From: Mobula hypostoma
Taxonomy: Eukaryota
Length of the DNA: 64,000 bases
NCBI RefSeq assembly: GCF_963921235.1
Contig: NC_086097.1
Span: forward strand, 64,296,001-64,360,000
Direction: 5' to 3'
Part shown: piece by piece, positions 1 to 15,700 of the stretch
Numbering within the stretch: the first letter of the stretch is position 1
Layout of the letters: each line of letters opens with the position of its first letter
Made by a program: the position numbers and the translations under genes
Notes under the pieces: generated by a model
Databases searched by the model: none
Told to the model about the DNA's origin: nothing
Seen by the model: the letters and a program-made list of their open reading frames with translations, nothing else

Positions 1-264
1 TGGGGGGCCTTGCTATTGCATTCTTGCTGGGTGGAGAGTGCTGTTGTTTTGTTGCGGAATGGATGGGGGTGGGGGTGGGAGAGGGTCGTTGCTGTGCTGC
101 AGCTTGTGCATGGGAGGGGTAGTGGGGGGTGTTTGAGGTTCTAATATTTTTAGTGCCACTCATTCTTTGGGACACTCTTCTGTTTTCGTGGATGTCTGCG
201 AAGAAAAAGAATTTCAGAATTTATATTGTATACATTTCTCTGATATTAAATGGAACTATTGAAC
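1..264 (+). repeat. 3' end of an unclassified G-rich interspersed repeat
   Basis: G-rich body ending tgtatacatttctctgatattaaatggaactattgaa, similar in style to a non-LTR 3' end. Confidence 0.4.
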
Positions 265-596
265 TTCCAGTTTCAAAAAGGAATTTGATTACTAGTATGC
301 TTCAAATATTTGACTTAGACCTGATCAATAAACATGAGAAAACCAATCCACATCAGCTCACTTGATCACTCTAAAATCTTTTGCAAAGAATATTTACATT
401 TTAAAATTTACTTTATAAATACAACTAATCTTTATTAGTGATTTTATGAATGTGACATTATTTTTCTTGTAAAAAAATCACACTGCAATTTCTGTTTACA
501 TTGCAATGCAACATTAAGAATCAAACCAGGATTACAAAAGTAGATCATCAGCCTCGTTTTACATCCACTAAAATAGTAATATGCTTAATGACCTAC

Positions 597-725
597 ATTG
601 AGTGAAGAGGAGAATGTCACTTTGCTTGCAGCAACTATAAAGTCCCAGATTAACATGGTAGCACCAGGCAACCCAATAGAAAAGAACCTTGGAGAACAAT
701 GTTTGATGATGGTATTCACTATATC
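597..725 (-). CDS. RALGAPA1: RALGAPA1 exon, 129 nt ([25 protein letters not shown]...SSLN)
   Basis: Manual translation; ttccag acceptor, AAT|gtaggt donor. Confidence 0.95.
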
Positions 726-3700
726 CTGGAAAAAAATTAAAAAGCATTGGAACAACTAAATTGGACACAGCTAATTACCCAAATTTATTTAAATCACATA
801 GCCCAATTCAGATCACTAAATTATGTCTAGTACACTTGAGTTTTAACTTACAAAAAAACTATTGAAGTTTTTTTTTCCATTTTTGGTAGTTTGAGCAGAC
901 TATTTCAAATTGAGATCTTGTACAATAACAAAATGGTTTTCTGGGCCATTGAGGAATTATGTCAGCTGGTGGTGGAGGGGTTGGGGACGTGAAGGTGCAG
1001 CAGCAACAAAGAGAAACTGTGCAGTTGGTCATAACAGGATCTATCAAAGGCTGAATGTTCTAAATATTTTCAGAAGCTCTTTAAAACTTAAAATACTTTT
1101 GATTTTTCACAAGTGATAATCAATGCCTCCTCAACATCATGACAGAAAAGAAATGCTTACTTCAGTCTCTGCCAACCATTCCCTTCAATGAAATGAATAG
1201 GGAAGTACCTGTTGCCAGATTCAACCTGACATGATGTTTGTATAGATTGCCAACCACTTAGCAGTGACAAATTCTGAGCAGATTCCCAACCCCATGCTGG
1301 ACTTCACAAGTGCAAGGTTGGAACAGATGGCAAAAAAACAGCTACCTTGCGACATGCAGCTTTGCAGATATTTCCCTACAAAATCTGGGCTGTTACAATC
1401 ACATGAATTATGTAAGGCTCGCAAAATATCATCAATTTTTATACATTAGTTTTTGAACAATCATTCACGATATCTTTGCAGTACTTAAGATAACATGTTT
1501 TAAAATTTCCTTTCATTTCTCTTGTCCCAGTTTCAGTTCCACACTATATTTAAGATTGATAATCAAAACCTTGTACAGATGGACGTTTACTCTGGTCTAG
1601 GCCTGACTAACCTCATTTTGAATGCAGTAGAAATCTGTATTTCTATCTCCAATACCAACCTACGTCTTCAAATTTCCAAGATTAGAATGACGTAGCAGGT
1701 TGCAGCATCAACCTGTAAACTTTAAATTTTACAGCTCATATATTGGAAAAATAGTATCAAAGGCATGTTAAGGAGAAAAGTGCTCACCTGATCAGGATTG
1801 AGGAGTCCACTGTGCATAATATTATAGAAGTGAACCAAGAAATCAGAATTGGGTGAAACATCTTGACGGCGCTTCATAATTTTGCAGATAAGCTTATAAG
1901 CATGAAGCTTTCCTTGTTTGTATTTTTCTGGTAATGTTGTTGCCTAAACAAGGATTAACTTGAGCATTAAACATCAGATTGCGGAAAACAGAATATTTTG
2001 CGAGTCTATAAATTAAATGAAGGAATTCTAATCCACCTTAAGTATAAATTGAATCTAATAGATTTTCAGTTCTCAAGGGAAAAAGAAATAGTTCTTGGGA
2101 GGGAGAGGTGTTGTATTGTGCCAGTTATCCTTAAATAAGTGATTAACCCCCATGAATGATACAATTTAATCATGACTTGCTTCAATATATAGCATGAAAA
2201 TAGTAGCCAAATATTATAAATATGCACTAAATTATATGTAAAGCAGAAATTTTTTTTTTAAGAGATACAATTGTGAAAATGCTTCCAGCTGCAATATCAG
2301 TTCTCTACGGTACCTACATTCTTTCTTCATTGGCTTTACAGTGTTTATGCAGGCAGATAGGCGCAATTTAATGCAATACAATTATGCAGGATTTCCACAA
2401 TAAATGTGGATACAAGAATTTGGCACTGCATCCACATGACACTTTCTAATATATTAAAGATGGAAAAGACAGCAAATATTGGGATATAAATAAACAGAGG
2501 TAATTTTAAAAGCAGCTTTCAATTACTAAATATTATAATTTATCTTTCCCAGATCGAGGTCTAACCTAAATTTCTCCCTTCGTTCCAATATTCTATGACA
2601 CTAACTTTAACTTCAGTACACATCTTGGTAACCAAAACAATTCATTGTCTTATTCCAAGACAACAATCAAATGACTGAATCAATGTACCTAAAAAATCAA
2701 ATTTTCAATCTAAACACCAACAGGAAAACAATTGCAGGAACACATTTCTTAATCCCTGGGTACAAAAATGAAGGAAACAATTCCACTTTCAATGGATTTT
2801 CTTTAATCATAAAAATTCCCAATGGCAAACAGAAATTTGAAGCAGCAATGAACTGAAACAACACAAAAATATGCTGAACTATGATAATAACCAAGCATTT
2901 CACAGCTAACCAAATACATGTGAAATAAAAACAAAATGTTGTGAACACTCAGCAGGCCAGATAGCATTTGTGGAAAAAAAACACATTAACATGCCCAAAA
3001 ACACTGGTAATCGTTCTGAAAAAGGATCTTCAACCTTGAGTATTAACCATTTTGCTCTCGCTATACTTGCAGCTTGGCTTCCCCAGTGTTTCCAATATTT
3101 ATTTTTATTTCTGATTTTGTATGAAATTTAGTTACTACTACTGTAAGCAGAAAAATCTATTTTAAAGCAACCTTAAAATATGGTCATTATCAACAGTGCA
3201 CTGGAGTTCCAAGTCTCTACAGTTGGACTTCTCAAAATACTCTGACTGAGAGGAGTGAGTGATAACAACTAGTTTTGACACTGCAGAATTTTTTTGTTAG
3301 TGCTATCCAACAGGAACAATTATTTAGCTGTCAAAAGCAGATGGTTTAACATCTCATATAACAGCACTTAAAGGAACAGAAGCTACAAATATGCTAAAAT
3401 CTACCCTTAAAAGACTCAATTTCTGAATGCACTAATGACTAAATGCATTAATTAATGGAAATCAAGAAAATGAAAAAGATTTCACTCATTTTTATAAATT
3501 TATTTTACCTTGAAAAGCCATGGAGTTAAAATTCTGAGAGGTGGTATCAAAACTGAAGGAGGTGGGGATGTCTGATTGTCTATTGTAATTCCAAGGTTAT
3601 CCCTCACCTTCAAATAAACAAAATTAAGTTGAAGTTTTGTGATTAGAATTAATATATGGCTTAGAAGACAATAATTCAACGGGAACATTTCACATTATAC

Positions 3701-6700
3701 AAGGAGTTCCAAATAAATGCTCTTTCTCTGTTATTTTTGACAATTAAGATAGTTTTGTTAGCATGATGAAGTACAATGCAGTAATTTAAATCATCATATA
3801 TTCCACAAGACCATCACTTAGCACTTACAATTATGACAGATGTATGATGATAAAGATATCATAAATTTGACAATTTAAGGTATTTAACCCAAGAAATGAT
3901 CTAAAGCAAACTCAAACATTGGTGAAGGCCTGAGCGCGCAAATCAAAGATTCCTGTTCTTCCTAATTTTGATCCACCTGGCAAATCATCAATTCACACTA
4001 TAACACAGAAATATCATATTCTGAAACAACTGAATGCTTTTTTCCCTCACTCCAAATTTAAATTTGGCCAGGATTTGCACAATAAATGGCAGGGCCCTGG
4101 AGAGTGCTGCAGCTCAGAGACCTATGGGTACAAATACAGAGCTCTCTGAAAATAGTGACACAGGTACACAGAGAGGTGAATGTGACTGGCAGAGTTGCCT
4201 TCATTAGTCAGACACTAAGTGCAAGAGTTGGGAAGTCATGTTACAACTGTATAAAGCACTGATGACACCGTACTTGGAATACTGTCTGCAGATCTAGTTG
4301 CTTGGCTATTGGGAGGATATCATTAAACCAGAAAGGGTGCAATAGAGATTCACAAGGATGTTACTGGGATTGAGGGCTTGAGTACAAGGAGAGACTGAAT
4401 AGGCTGGGTTTTTTTTTTTATCTCCCTGAGGTGAAGGAGGCTGAGGAGTGACCTGATAGAATCATCAGGGGGTAGTGATAATGGTCAGTCTTTTTCCCAG
4501 AGTGGGGTGGAGACTAAAACTAGAGGGCATAGGTTTAAGGTGAAGGGAAAGATTTAATGGAAGCTGAGGGTCAAGTTTTTCTTCACAGAAGGTGGTGGGT
4601 ATATAGAACGAAATACCAAAGTGGTACAATTTTAATGGATACATGGATAGAAAAGGTTCAGAGTGAGATGGGCCAAACACAGACAAACTCAGATAGAAAA
4701 CTTGGTTGACATAGGGTAGTAGGGCCAAAGGGCTCGTTTCCGTGCTATATATCTATATAATTCTCTTGATAGGTGTCTTTTATAATTTAAGACATGACAT
4801 CCAAGTACCATTCAGTAAGGCTTTGCTGTGTGCCTTCCAAAATATGGTGCCTAAAACAGCTCTTGAAATCGTGGACATGCTCTAAACCGGGATTTACATG
4901 CATATAATTTTATTCCCTCTGACATCATGAATTTTTTTCTCAAAAATAAAAAAATGTTCTGTGGAAATACAGCCTATCCAAACTATGATATAGCAAAGAA
5001 TTTGACCATTAAAATAGCCAAATTTAAAACAGAGTGAAAGTTCTTTATTTGATGATCACCAGATAAATCTGTAACATTGTGAAGTAATTGAAAAGCTGAA
5101 AAAAAAATTGTATCAGAACAAATACCTTGATTACATGTAGTTGGACTGACCATTAGCTTTTACACACTTGCGATTCCCATTCCACCAATACAGAGTATAC
5201 CAAAAACAAACAAAATCGGTATAAATGAAACCTAGCTTTTGTTTGTTCAATCTAATGAAGGTAATAAAACTGACAGGTTTGGAATTGGGTATTGACCATA
5301 AAAGCCTTGATTATTTCATTAAAGTTATGATGTGGAAAAGTTTACAACAGATTTCATGTAATACTTTCACCTGAGCTAGACAATTAACAATAAATTAATG
5401 ATATGAAGACTGGTGGAGGGGCAGGTAGTGTTGAGGAAGCAGGGAGGCTGCAGAAGGACTTACATTAAGAGAATAGGCAAATGGAATACAGTGTAGGGAA
5501 CTTTGGTAGAAGGAATTAAAGCACAGACAGTATTCTAAATGGGAAGAAAATTCAAGAATACGAGGTGCAAAGGGAGTCCTCGTGCAGGATTCCCTAAAAG
5601 TTAACTTGCCGGTTCAGTCAGTGGTGAGGAAGGCAAATGTAATGTTTGCATTTATTTCAAAGGACTAAAATATAAAAGCAAGGATATAATGCTGAGACTT
5701 TATAAGGCAGTGATGAGACCTCAATTGCAGTATTATGAAAAGATTTGTGCCCGATATCTAAGAAAGGATGTGCTAGTCTTGGAGAGGGTTTAGGGGAGGT
5801 TTACAAGAATGATTCCAGGAAAGAAAGGGTTAACCTATGAGGAGTGTTTGAAGGCTCGGAGCCAGTACTCACCGGAATTTAGAAGAATGAGCAGGGATCT
5901 CACTGAAACCTATTGAATGTTGAAAGGCTGAGATGGAGTAGATGTGGAGACGATGTTTCCTATAGTGGGGGAAACTAGGACCAGAGGGCACAACTTCAGA
6001 ATAGGAGGTTGTCAATTTAAAACAGAGATGAGAAGGAATTTCTCTAGTTAGAGGGTGGTGAACCTCTAGAATTCATAGCCACAGATGACTACGGAGGCCA
6101 AGTCATCGTGCATACAGTATTTAAAGCAGAGATTGATAGGCTTTTGATTAGTCATGGTGCAAAAGTTACAGGGAGAAGTCAGGTGAATGGGGTTGAGAGG
6201 GATTATGAATCAGCCATGATGGAATGGCAGAGAAGACATAATAGGACATAATTCTGCTCCCATATCTTACGGAATCTGCATTTACCACCACCATTGGCTC
6301 GTGTTCCATGCAACCCTCACTCTGTATATAAAAAAAACCTCTGAAATCCCATCCATACTTTCCTCAAATCACCTTATAATGATATCGTACTCGTCATTTT
6401 CAGCCTGGGAAAAAGGGGTTGGCTGTCTAATCTATCAATGTCATAGATCTTCATCATTCTCCTTCCCTCCAAAGAGAAAAGCACTACCTTGCTCAACCTT
6501 TACTCATAAGACATGCTTTCAAATCCAATCATCAAGCTGTTACATCTCCTTTGTACCCTCTCTAAAGCTTCCACATCCTTACTGTAATGAGGTGGTCTCA
6601 CTAAAGTTATATTACCTTGCTGCTCATGAAATCAATCCCATGATTAATGAAGGCCAATACACCAAAAGACCATAAGACAGAAGAGCAGAGTTAAGCCATT

Positions 6701-9700
6701 TGGCCCATCAAGTCCACTTGGCTATTTCATCATGGCTGATCCATTCTCCTGCCTTCTCCTCATAACCTTTCACACCCTGACTAATCAAGAATCCATAAAC
6801 TCCGTCTTGAATGTACCCAATAACCTGGCCTCCACAGCCACCTGTGACAAGGCACTCCACAGATTAATCATCCTCTGACTAAAGAAATACCTCATCTCCA
6901 ATCTAAATAGATGCCCTTATATTTTGAGGCTATGCCGAGACTTACCCACCACAGGCAACATCCTCTCTGCATCCATTCTATTTAGGCCTTTCATCATTCG
7001 ATAGGATTTCATTGAAACCTCCCTTCTAAATTCCAGTGGATACAGGCCCAGAGCCATCAAACACTATTCATATGACAAGCCAAATTCTGGAATCATTTTC
7101 GAGAACCTCCTCTGAACCTTCTCCAATGCCAGTACATCCTTTAAATAAGGTGCCCAAAATTGCTCACAATGTTCCAAGTGAGGTCTCACTAGTGCCCCAT
7201 AAAGCCTCAGCGTTACATCCCTGCTTTTATTTTCTAGTCCCCTCAAAACGAATGTTAACATTGTATCAGCCTTCCTCACCACTGATTCAACCGCATATTA
7301 ACCTTTTGGGAATCCTGCTCAAGTACTCCCAAGTCCCTTTGCAACTCAGATTCTTGAATTTTCTCCCTTATTTAGAAAACAGTCTATGTCTTTTTTCCTT
7401 TTACCAACATGCATGACCATACACTTCCCTACACTGTATTCCATTAGTAGGCAGCTAAGTGATTGTACGGAAAGGGAAAGGGAATAGGCAGACTGTGCAG
7501 TGTACTCACTGGCCATTGGAATAGTACGAAAAGATTGCTGGGGGGGGGCGGGAAGGGGTTGTGGGATAGCAAATTTGATTCCTTTGTTCAAGAAAGGTAA
7601 TAGAGATAACCCCTGAGAATTATAGACCAGCAAGCCCTACATCACTCTGGTGGGCAAACTACTGGACATGATTTTTAGAGACAGGATTTGTGTGCATTTG
7701 TAGAAGCATAATCTGATTACGCTAGTCATCGTGGTTTTGTAGGATAGATATAAAAATCAACAAAAATGTCCATGAAAAGTTAACTTTACATTAGCACAAA
7801 TAAGTTGCAAGCAAAATTCAGTAACTTCTTACTTTGGCCAAATTCTGCCAGAGCTCACACAAATAGTCAAAGACTTGCGCATGAATTTCAGGATCCTTAA
7901 TGCAGTTCACATCACCCAAAATGCCAAGCATTCGTCTCCACATAACTGTGGCAACATCTTCATGCCATCCTTTGAGACTCCCACCTGCCATCACACTGCA
8001 GTCTTCATTTGGAAACTCACTGTTTTCTGTCCAATATAATATTTAATGTTACAAGCAGACAATATGCACTTACATTAAAGTTAAAAGTTTAAATTTAACT
8101 TCAGAACACGTTTCAATAAAGATCTAAATAATCACATTTTACTCTATTAAGAGTATCATTCTACTTATACTCTGATGTTAATAGAAAAAAAATAGTATGA
8201 GGACTAATGGCCATCCACATCTTAATCAACATTCAGTGCTATTACGTCCCCACAATTCCATTATAGTCCAAAAATCTTATGAATATTAGCTGTTTAAAAC
8301 CACTAGCATTCAGCCTGAAAGAACCAGAATTTTGTAAACACTGAAGATATGTACGAAAAATTTGGAAGGTTCAACCTGTCAGTTTGCTTTAATGCTAGAC
8401 GGAGATCCCAGCATTGATTTCTCAGCAATTTGGGATGAATGTCTATAGGGCAGGATGTAAAGGCCCTTTAATTTTAAGAACAATTATATGACAGAAGTTT
8501 CAGGCAAAGATGCATCGGAGTTACTTCTTAAAATTTATTTTTCTCTATAGTTTTATTAATCATACAAGTGATTTATTTCATGTTTATAAATTTAAAGTAT
8601 TTACATCAATTTTAATATCTCTGAACCGCAGTCATTAAAAATTAACTTTAATAACAACTTCCAGAATGAGCCAAGCTGCCAAATGCCACAATTCACAAAG
8701 AACGCCAATCCTTAGTCCCAAATAACTTTTACAGTTGTCAAGGGCTTTCAGGGCTGTTCCTCCCAATATTGCAATAATATCTTCCAAGTGAAAAAAATTC
8801 TGTTCATTTCAGTTTTAAATCTCTTATTAGTAATCTATACCTACTTATTCTTGATTTCTCCAACCAAGAAAAACTCTTTCACCCTACATTTTTATGCCCT
8901 CCGAGAAATTTCTGAATTCCAGAGAGTACTGGTCCATTAGCACTCCTTGGATAGGAAGCCTACATTCTTACAGTAAGCAATCCAGTGAACATTCCTTAAC
9001 CCCCACAAAGGCACATAAATTTTAGGAAGGAGTGGAGACCATACACCAAGTATGCATCAATGTAATAGGAATTATGTAATTTATTAAAGTTGGTTGGGGA
9101 TAAGGCTAGTGGAAGGGGGAGGAAACTGATGTGGGATGGTAGCATTTTCAGTTATTTTAGCAACAACTTAAGTATCAACTATCATAAGTTTTATACAACA
9201 AAGAGCTTCTTTACAATCTCAAACATTTCACAGCTCCCAAAGCTAATGCAAAAGGCTGTAACAAATATTTTCCATGAAAGTTTGCCAGAAATTTTATTTC
9301 AATAATAATTCAATTATTAGTTAATTGTGAAATACCCAAGTCATCTGGAGTTTGCAAGACTGAATGATGCAATTTTTCATCCAATGGCAAATCTTTTTGA
9401 TCTACTGGATCAGCATTTAAGGTGGATGGAGAAGGTGTCTGTGATCTTGAGCAGGCATTTGAATGAGTTGGAGAAGCACTCTCAGAGCCTAAAAAAAGAG
9501 ATAAAGGGAAAAAAAGGGATAATATTGGGAGAGAAAAACTGATGCTGAATTTAGGTGGCAAGTCAACATTTCATTGCAATCCATAAAGAATGACTAATCT
9601 ACCCATCATCAAATGCTTAAGCTTCAAAAATAAAATTAATCAAAACTATATTTATGCATATAATCTGGAACAATGATGAAAACATTATCAGATCCTCATT

Positions 9701-12700
9701 TTTTTTCTCCTTAATTTCAAATGTGATTTTACTAATAATTCTCTAGCATGAAAATCTCATTGCATTCTGCTAAAGAAATGCATTTTATAATTTTAAACTC
9801 ATTACAAATGAAATTATTATTTTTTCCTCGAGCAACTAATTGCATACAAAATCTGTGAATAGGCATTAGTCATGCTAATCAGTTTATATATTTAATAAAT
9901 GTACCAAAATACTTTTAAAAATACAGTGGATTCCAGTTAGCTGGTCCCTTGATTAATCAGGGTAGCCATTTATTTGGGACAACTCTTTTAAAAAAAAACA
10001 AAACATAATTGAGAAAAAAGCCAGGATTCCTTTCATTTATTTGGGACAAGAGACTGTTGCTGAACAGTTTCTAACCAGTATCAGTTCTGTGAACTTGTGT
10101 GGTAGACACTAGAGCAAACAGTTTTTAAAAATATCATCATTTGTGTGTGTTTATTTTTAAAAACCAGTGATTTTTGTCACTGATAGTTGGCGTGAAATAA
10201 GCAGTAAGACAATTTAGAATTGTTTGCTCACTGCAGCTTCAAGCATTCAAGCTTGCAGATGCCAGAAATGGCTAGGAGTGAAAATGAAATGATGACACTA
10301 CTTCAACAAGTCAAGAACTGCACAGAATTTGAAGGCATCAACAACCATCTTGAGTGTTACAATGAAAATGAAGATTTGGAGGTAGCAATCATCAAAAGCA
10401 CTCTATGAAGGCAGTCCATTTCTTGCACTAGGTGTCTGTGTTAATTTTGTTCACTTACAGTCAATCAACAGAACACAGCAACACGTTGGTTGTTTGTCGT
10501 ATCTGAGCATATGCAGGTGAGCTTTTAAAGTGGAAAATCCATTGCACCAGGACAGCTCCTGACCTCAGAACTCCAGGCCCAGTGGTACGAGTAGTCGACA
10601 CAAACTGGTCTTCCTTGGTTGCAGTGGATAATCATGACCTTTTCTGTGCCTCTTCATGCATGCCCTTTGCTGTCCATGAAGCATTGCAGAGCCGCCTTCT
10701 TAGCTGTTGGATCTCACTGATTATCTCATCTGCCCGGTCTGTCAGAGCAGACTTGACATGCTAAGGATAAGCATGTCTCTGTTTCACAGGGGTATGAGGA
10801 CTGTTGACCATCACCAGGTTTAGCCCACCTGTTGAAGCGATGTAACAGTGTGTGGCTGCTGTTGCATGCAATCAGCTACTTTGGAGTCACTGGTAAGAGC
10901 TGAGTGTCCAGTAGGGAACAAAGGTAAGTGAGGTGCCCCAGAATGGATACAAGCCCCTGCACCAAAGGTGCTATCCTCCCTGGACACCAGGACAGTTATG
11001 GACCTAGCGGGAGAGCTTTAATTGGAGTAGGGCAAATTACGAGGGCTTTAGGCAGAGTTAATTGGGAATACCTCTTTTCTGGCAAGTCCACATCAGACAT
11101 GTGGAGGGTGCTTAAAGATCAATTACACAGAATACATGAGCGGTATGTTCCTGCTAGAAAGAAAGAGGGACAGAAAGATAAAAATGCCTTGGATGTCCAT
11201 TGAAGTGATGAATTTAGTCAAGAAGCAAAAGGAAAAGTATGTAAAGACTTGGAAGTTACATCAAATGGAGTGTATGAAGATTATAAAGAAGCCAGAAAAG
11301 AACTCAGGAAGGGAATTAGGAAAGCCAGAAGGGGCCATGAAAAGTCCTTGGCAAGTAGGATTAATATCAAGGCATTTTATACAAACATCAAGAGCAAGAG
11401 GATAACTAGGGAGAGGGTAGGACCAGTCAAGGATAAAGAGGGGGACATTTGCTTGGATGCAGAGAATGTGAGTGAGGTACTTAATGAGTACTTTGCTTCA
11501 GTATTTACCAAGGAAAAGGATATGGAGGACCAGGAGATCAGGGCTGATTGTATAAATGTGTTATGATGTTTAGAGGTCAAGGAGAAGGAAGTATTGGGTT
11601 TCCTAAAGAATATTAAGGTGCAGTTTAACCCAGGGCCTGATGTGATTTACCCCAGGTTATTGAGGGAGGCAAGAGATGAGATTGCTGGGGCCTTGAGCAG
11701 TATCTTGGTGTCCTCTCCAGGCAGAGATGAGGTCCTGGAGGACTGGCCAGTGGCTAATGTTGTTACCTCTATTTAAAAAAGACAGCAAGGGAAAATCCTG
11801 GAAACTATAGGCCCACAAGTCTCACATCAGTTGTAGGGAAATTGCTGATAGGATATATCAACATTTGGAAGCCCACTGCCTAATTAGGGAGAGCCAACAT
11901 GGTTTTATGCAGGACGTCGTATCTTACCATGTTGATTGAGTTTTTTGAGAAAGTGATGAGAGAAAGCAGTGGATACTGTCTACATGGACTTTAGTAAGGC
12001 ATTTGACAAAGTCCCTCTTGGAAGGCTAATCCAGAAGATTAGGATGCATGGGGTCTGCAGTGAATTGGCTGTTTTCAGATCTGGCTTGCGCACAGAAGAC
12101 AGAGGGTAGTGGTCGAAGGGACAATTGACCTGGAAGTCTGTTATTAGTGGTGTTCTGCAGGGATCCGTGTTGGGACCTCTGCTGTTCGTGATGTACAAAC
12201 GTTTGCATATAAATGACCTGGACGAAAATGTAGATGAGTGGGTTAGTAAATTTGCAAATGGTACCAAGATTGGTAGAGTTGTGGACATAGAAGACTGGCA
12301 AATACAGCACCATAGAGATCAGTTGCAGATCGTTGATTCTTTCTGTGCCTTGGGCAGCAACCTTGCCATTTCTTTAGCACTTTTGTCTGTGTTTAACGAG
12401 GCCGAATTACTAGCTCATTGCTCAACCCGGCATGGATGGAAAGCATACAAGGTGTTGGTTGAATACAAACCTGGGACCACTCGCCTTGAAGTCCAGTGTG
12501 GATGCCATGTCACTACTGGCTATCAGTTGCGGATATGGGCAGAGAAATGGTAGATGGAGTATAACCCAGATAAATGTGAGGTGTTGCACCTTGGTTGGGC
12601 AAATGCAGACAGTACATCGTTAATGAGCAGAGAGATCTTGGGGTCTAAGTATAGCTGCTTGAAATTGGCTACACAGGTCAAGAGGGTGGTTAAGCAAGCT

Positions 12701-15700
12701 TATGGAATGCTTGCTTTTATGAATCTAGGCACTGAGTTCAAAAACCAACAGGTTATGTTGCACACTTCATAGTGAGTACTACATACAGGATGTTGAGGGT
12801 TTGGGGAAGGTGCATAAGAGGCTTACCAGGATATTGCCTGGTTTAGAGGGAATGTGCTATCGTGAGAAAATGGACAGACTTGGGTTGTTTTCTTTGGAGC
12901 GATGGAGGCCGAGAAGAGATCTGAGAGGTTTTAAGTTTATGAGCAGCACAGACAGAGTAGACAGAGAGTACCTTTTCCCAGGGTAGAAATGTCAAATACC
13001 AGAGGGCGTACATTGAAGGTGAGAGGGGGTAGGTTCAAACTGGATGCGAGGACAAGTTTTTTTTTTACTAAGAGTGGTGGATACCCGGAACGCGCTGCCT
13101 GGTATGGCGGTAGAGGCAAATACATAAGAGACTTTTAAGAGATGTTTAGATAGGCACATGAACATGAGGAAGGTGGAGGGATACAGACATTGTGCAGGTA
13201 GGAGGGACAAGTTTTTGGTTTTTTAAAAAAAATTTACTTTTTAGTTGGTTTGGTACAACATTGTGGGCCAAAGGGCCCGTTCCTGTGCTGTACTGTTCTA
13301 TGTAATGCATTGAAATTACAAAGGCAGGGGAAAATAAGACAGATGAATGAAAATGTATCATAAATTGGGACTAGAAACATAGACGCATCACTGAAATAGA
13401 AGTGTATTGACTGATCTAATAGATTCTTTCCAAGACCAATTAAGTCTAACAGTAAAGTGAGAATATAATCTTCTACACACCATTTTCATAATACTCAGTT
13501 GCATTAGACCATGTACATTTCTATAGAACACTATAATAATAGATTCCAATTTCTTATTCATTTAAAAAAATGAAAATGTATTTCCATAGGTTGCTTACCA
13601 GGTTCAACAGTACATTTTCCTGATGACATATCCTGTTATATTCCATAGACTTATCCCCACCTCCCAGGAGTACAAGGTTATCAACTTAATTTAAATCTAA
13701 CAGAGCAAGCCGGCCACAGCGATAGTTATAACTACTTACACATTGAATTGTTATTGAGGTTAGATGGACTACATAATCAATAGTGCCGTTATATAAAGCA
13801 TATGAATTTCATTGCCATCTTTCCACTGGAATATTTCAAGTAATGGAATGACGATAATAATTTTAATATGTACCTTTCAAGGATAAGAGAAGAACTTGCA
13901 CATTGCAGGTTAGTGGCCGAGATAACAACATGAGATTGTTATTAATTTGCCAGAACATTGCTGGACAAAATATAAAAATATATAGATTTGATTGTGTGGG
14001 AGGGGAAAACAAACAGAAAATAGCCCATTTCTGTCCCAATACATGAAAGAGGCTAATTGTAAACTATGTTTTAGCATAGCTTAGTGATAAAATTATAGAT
14101 GTTCATTAAATGAATAACTGGAGAACAACCAGAACAGGACTGTTTCAGTATCAACAGTGACCTTTAAATTTCCACAACAAACCTGTAATCGTGACTGTGT
14201 CAGCAGATGCTGTCTGTAGATTGAGACTGCTTGTTTCAGAATTAATATGCAGAACATTTAAACTTGCTAATTCTTGTTCCTCAGCATTTTGTCGTGGAGG
14301 TCCTGAATCTGCTTCAGTGTATAAGGTAGAAATGGTTTCACTGCCAAAATGAAAGCCTATAACAGAACCAAAAAAAAAATAGTGACTATTATGAACTTAT
14401 TAAAAGAATTCTGGGAGGCACGAATCAAGAAGTTTTGTGCATTTGAAAATGCAAACCAAAAAGCAGGCACAAAAGTAGAAATGCAAAGTTCATGATAAAA
14501 TATATTCTGAAATCATAACTTTGCTTAAAAAAAGACAACTATTTGTATAAAAAGCAATAAAAAACCCACTTGTGCTATTACTAAATTGACACTTACTTTG
14601 ACAACCTAATGAGTCAGTATTTTCTGAGGTACTCTGGTTTTAGTTTCAGATTAACCAAAATATAATTCTTTACTTTCCTTATATTTCCTCACTTCAGTTA
14701 CCAAGAACAGAACCCTTGATTTGGAGACTTGGGAAGCATTGGGACAGTGAAATAAACAGCCAATAAGGTGAATCATATTAAGAAAAACACTTCTAATGGA
14801 AAGATTCTCTTTTAAGCCAACTATAAAACTGCAATACATCACTAATATCTGCTCTATAAATGGATATGATAAACTGATTCCTGCTACCAAACTTACTTTA
14901 TTGAAATTTTGTAAGGTGCTTAAAGTTCCAAGAAACTGGCTAAATACATTTACTGAAAAAATATTTAAATTCTCTTGGTAAAACAAAAGTACGAATCCTG
15001 TTTAATTGGGACACAATTTATCTGCAGTTATATTAATGGTTGATTCAAACAAATACTGCAGATCACAGCATTCAATGGAAAAAGGTACATCTAGATGGGA
15101 GCCTGAGACTACTGTCAGCTAGTGATAAGCAATTTCACCAGACAAAATATACTCTCAGCAATGGCAACTAAATATTGACAAACACAAGAGATGGAAATCC
15201 AGCGTAACACATACAAAATACTGGATGAACCCAGCAAGTTAGGCAGCATTTCTGGAAAGGAATAAACAGTTGTCGTTTTGGGCTGAGACCTTTTATCAGG
15301 ACTGGATGTTCTCAGTACAATTATTCCACCCCCATCATTCCCCACCACAATCCCACCAAATTAGGTGCCGCATATGAGGCTGCTTAATAAGATGAGAGCC
15401 CATGGAATTATAGGAAAGATATTGAAATGGGTGGAGCATTGGCTGATAGGCAGAAAGCAAAGGGTGGGAATAAAGGGATCCTATTCTGATTGGTTGCTGG
15501 TTACTAGTGGTGTTCCACAGGGGTCGGTGTTGGGATCGCTTCTTTTCACGATGTATATCGATGATTTGGATTATGGATTAAATGGTTTTGTGGCTAAGTT
15601 TGCGGATGACACCAAGTTAAGTGGAGGAGCAGGAAATGTTGAAGAAACGGAAAGGTTGCAGAGAGACTTAGTCAGTTTAGGAGAGTTGGCAAAGAAATGG

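Noticed and set aside
61..130. G-run cluster (possible G-quadruplex)
   Set aside because: Lies within a repeat and on the non-mRNA strand; no sign of function
13599..13665. Strong donor-like CTG|gtaagc suggesting an extra exon
   Set aside because: No acceptor gives a stop-free phase 1-1 exon, and the flanking exons already join in frame
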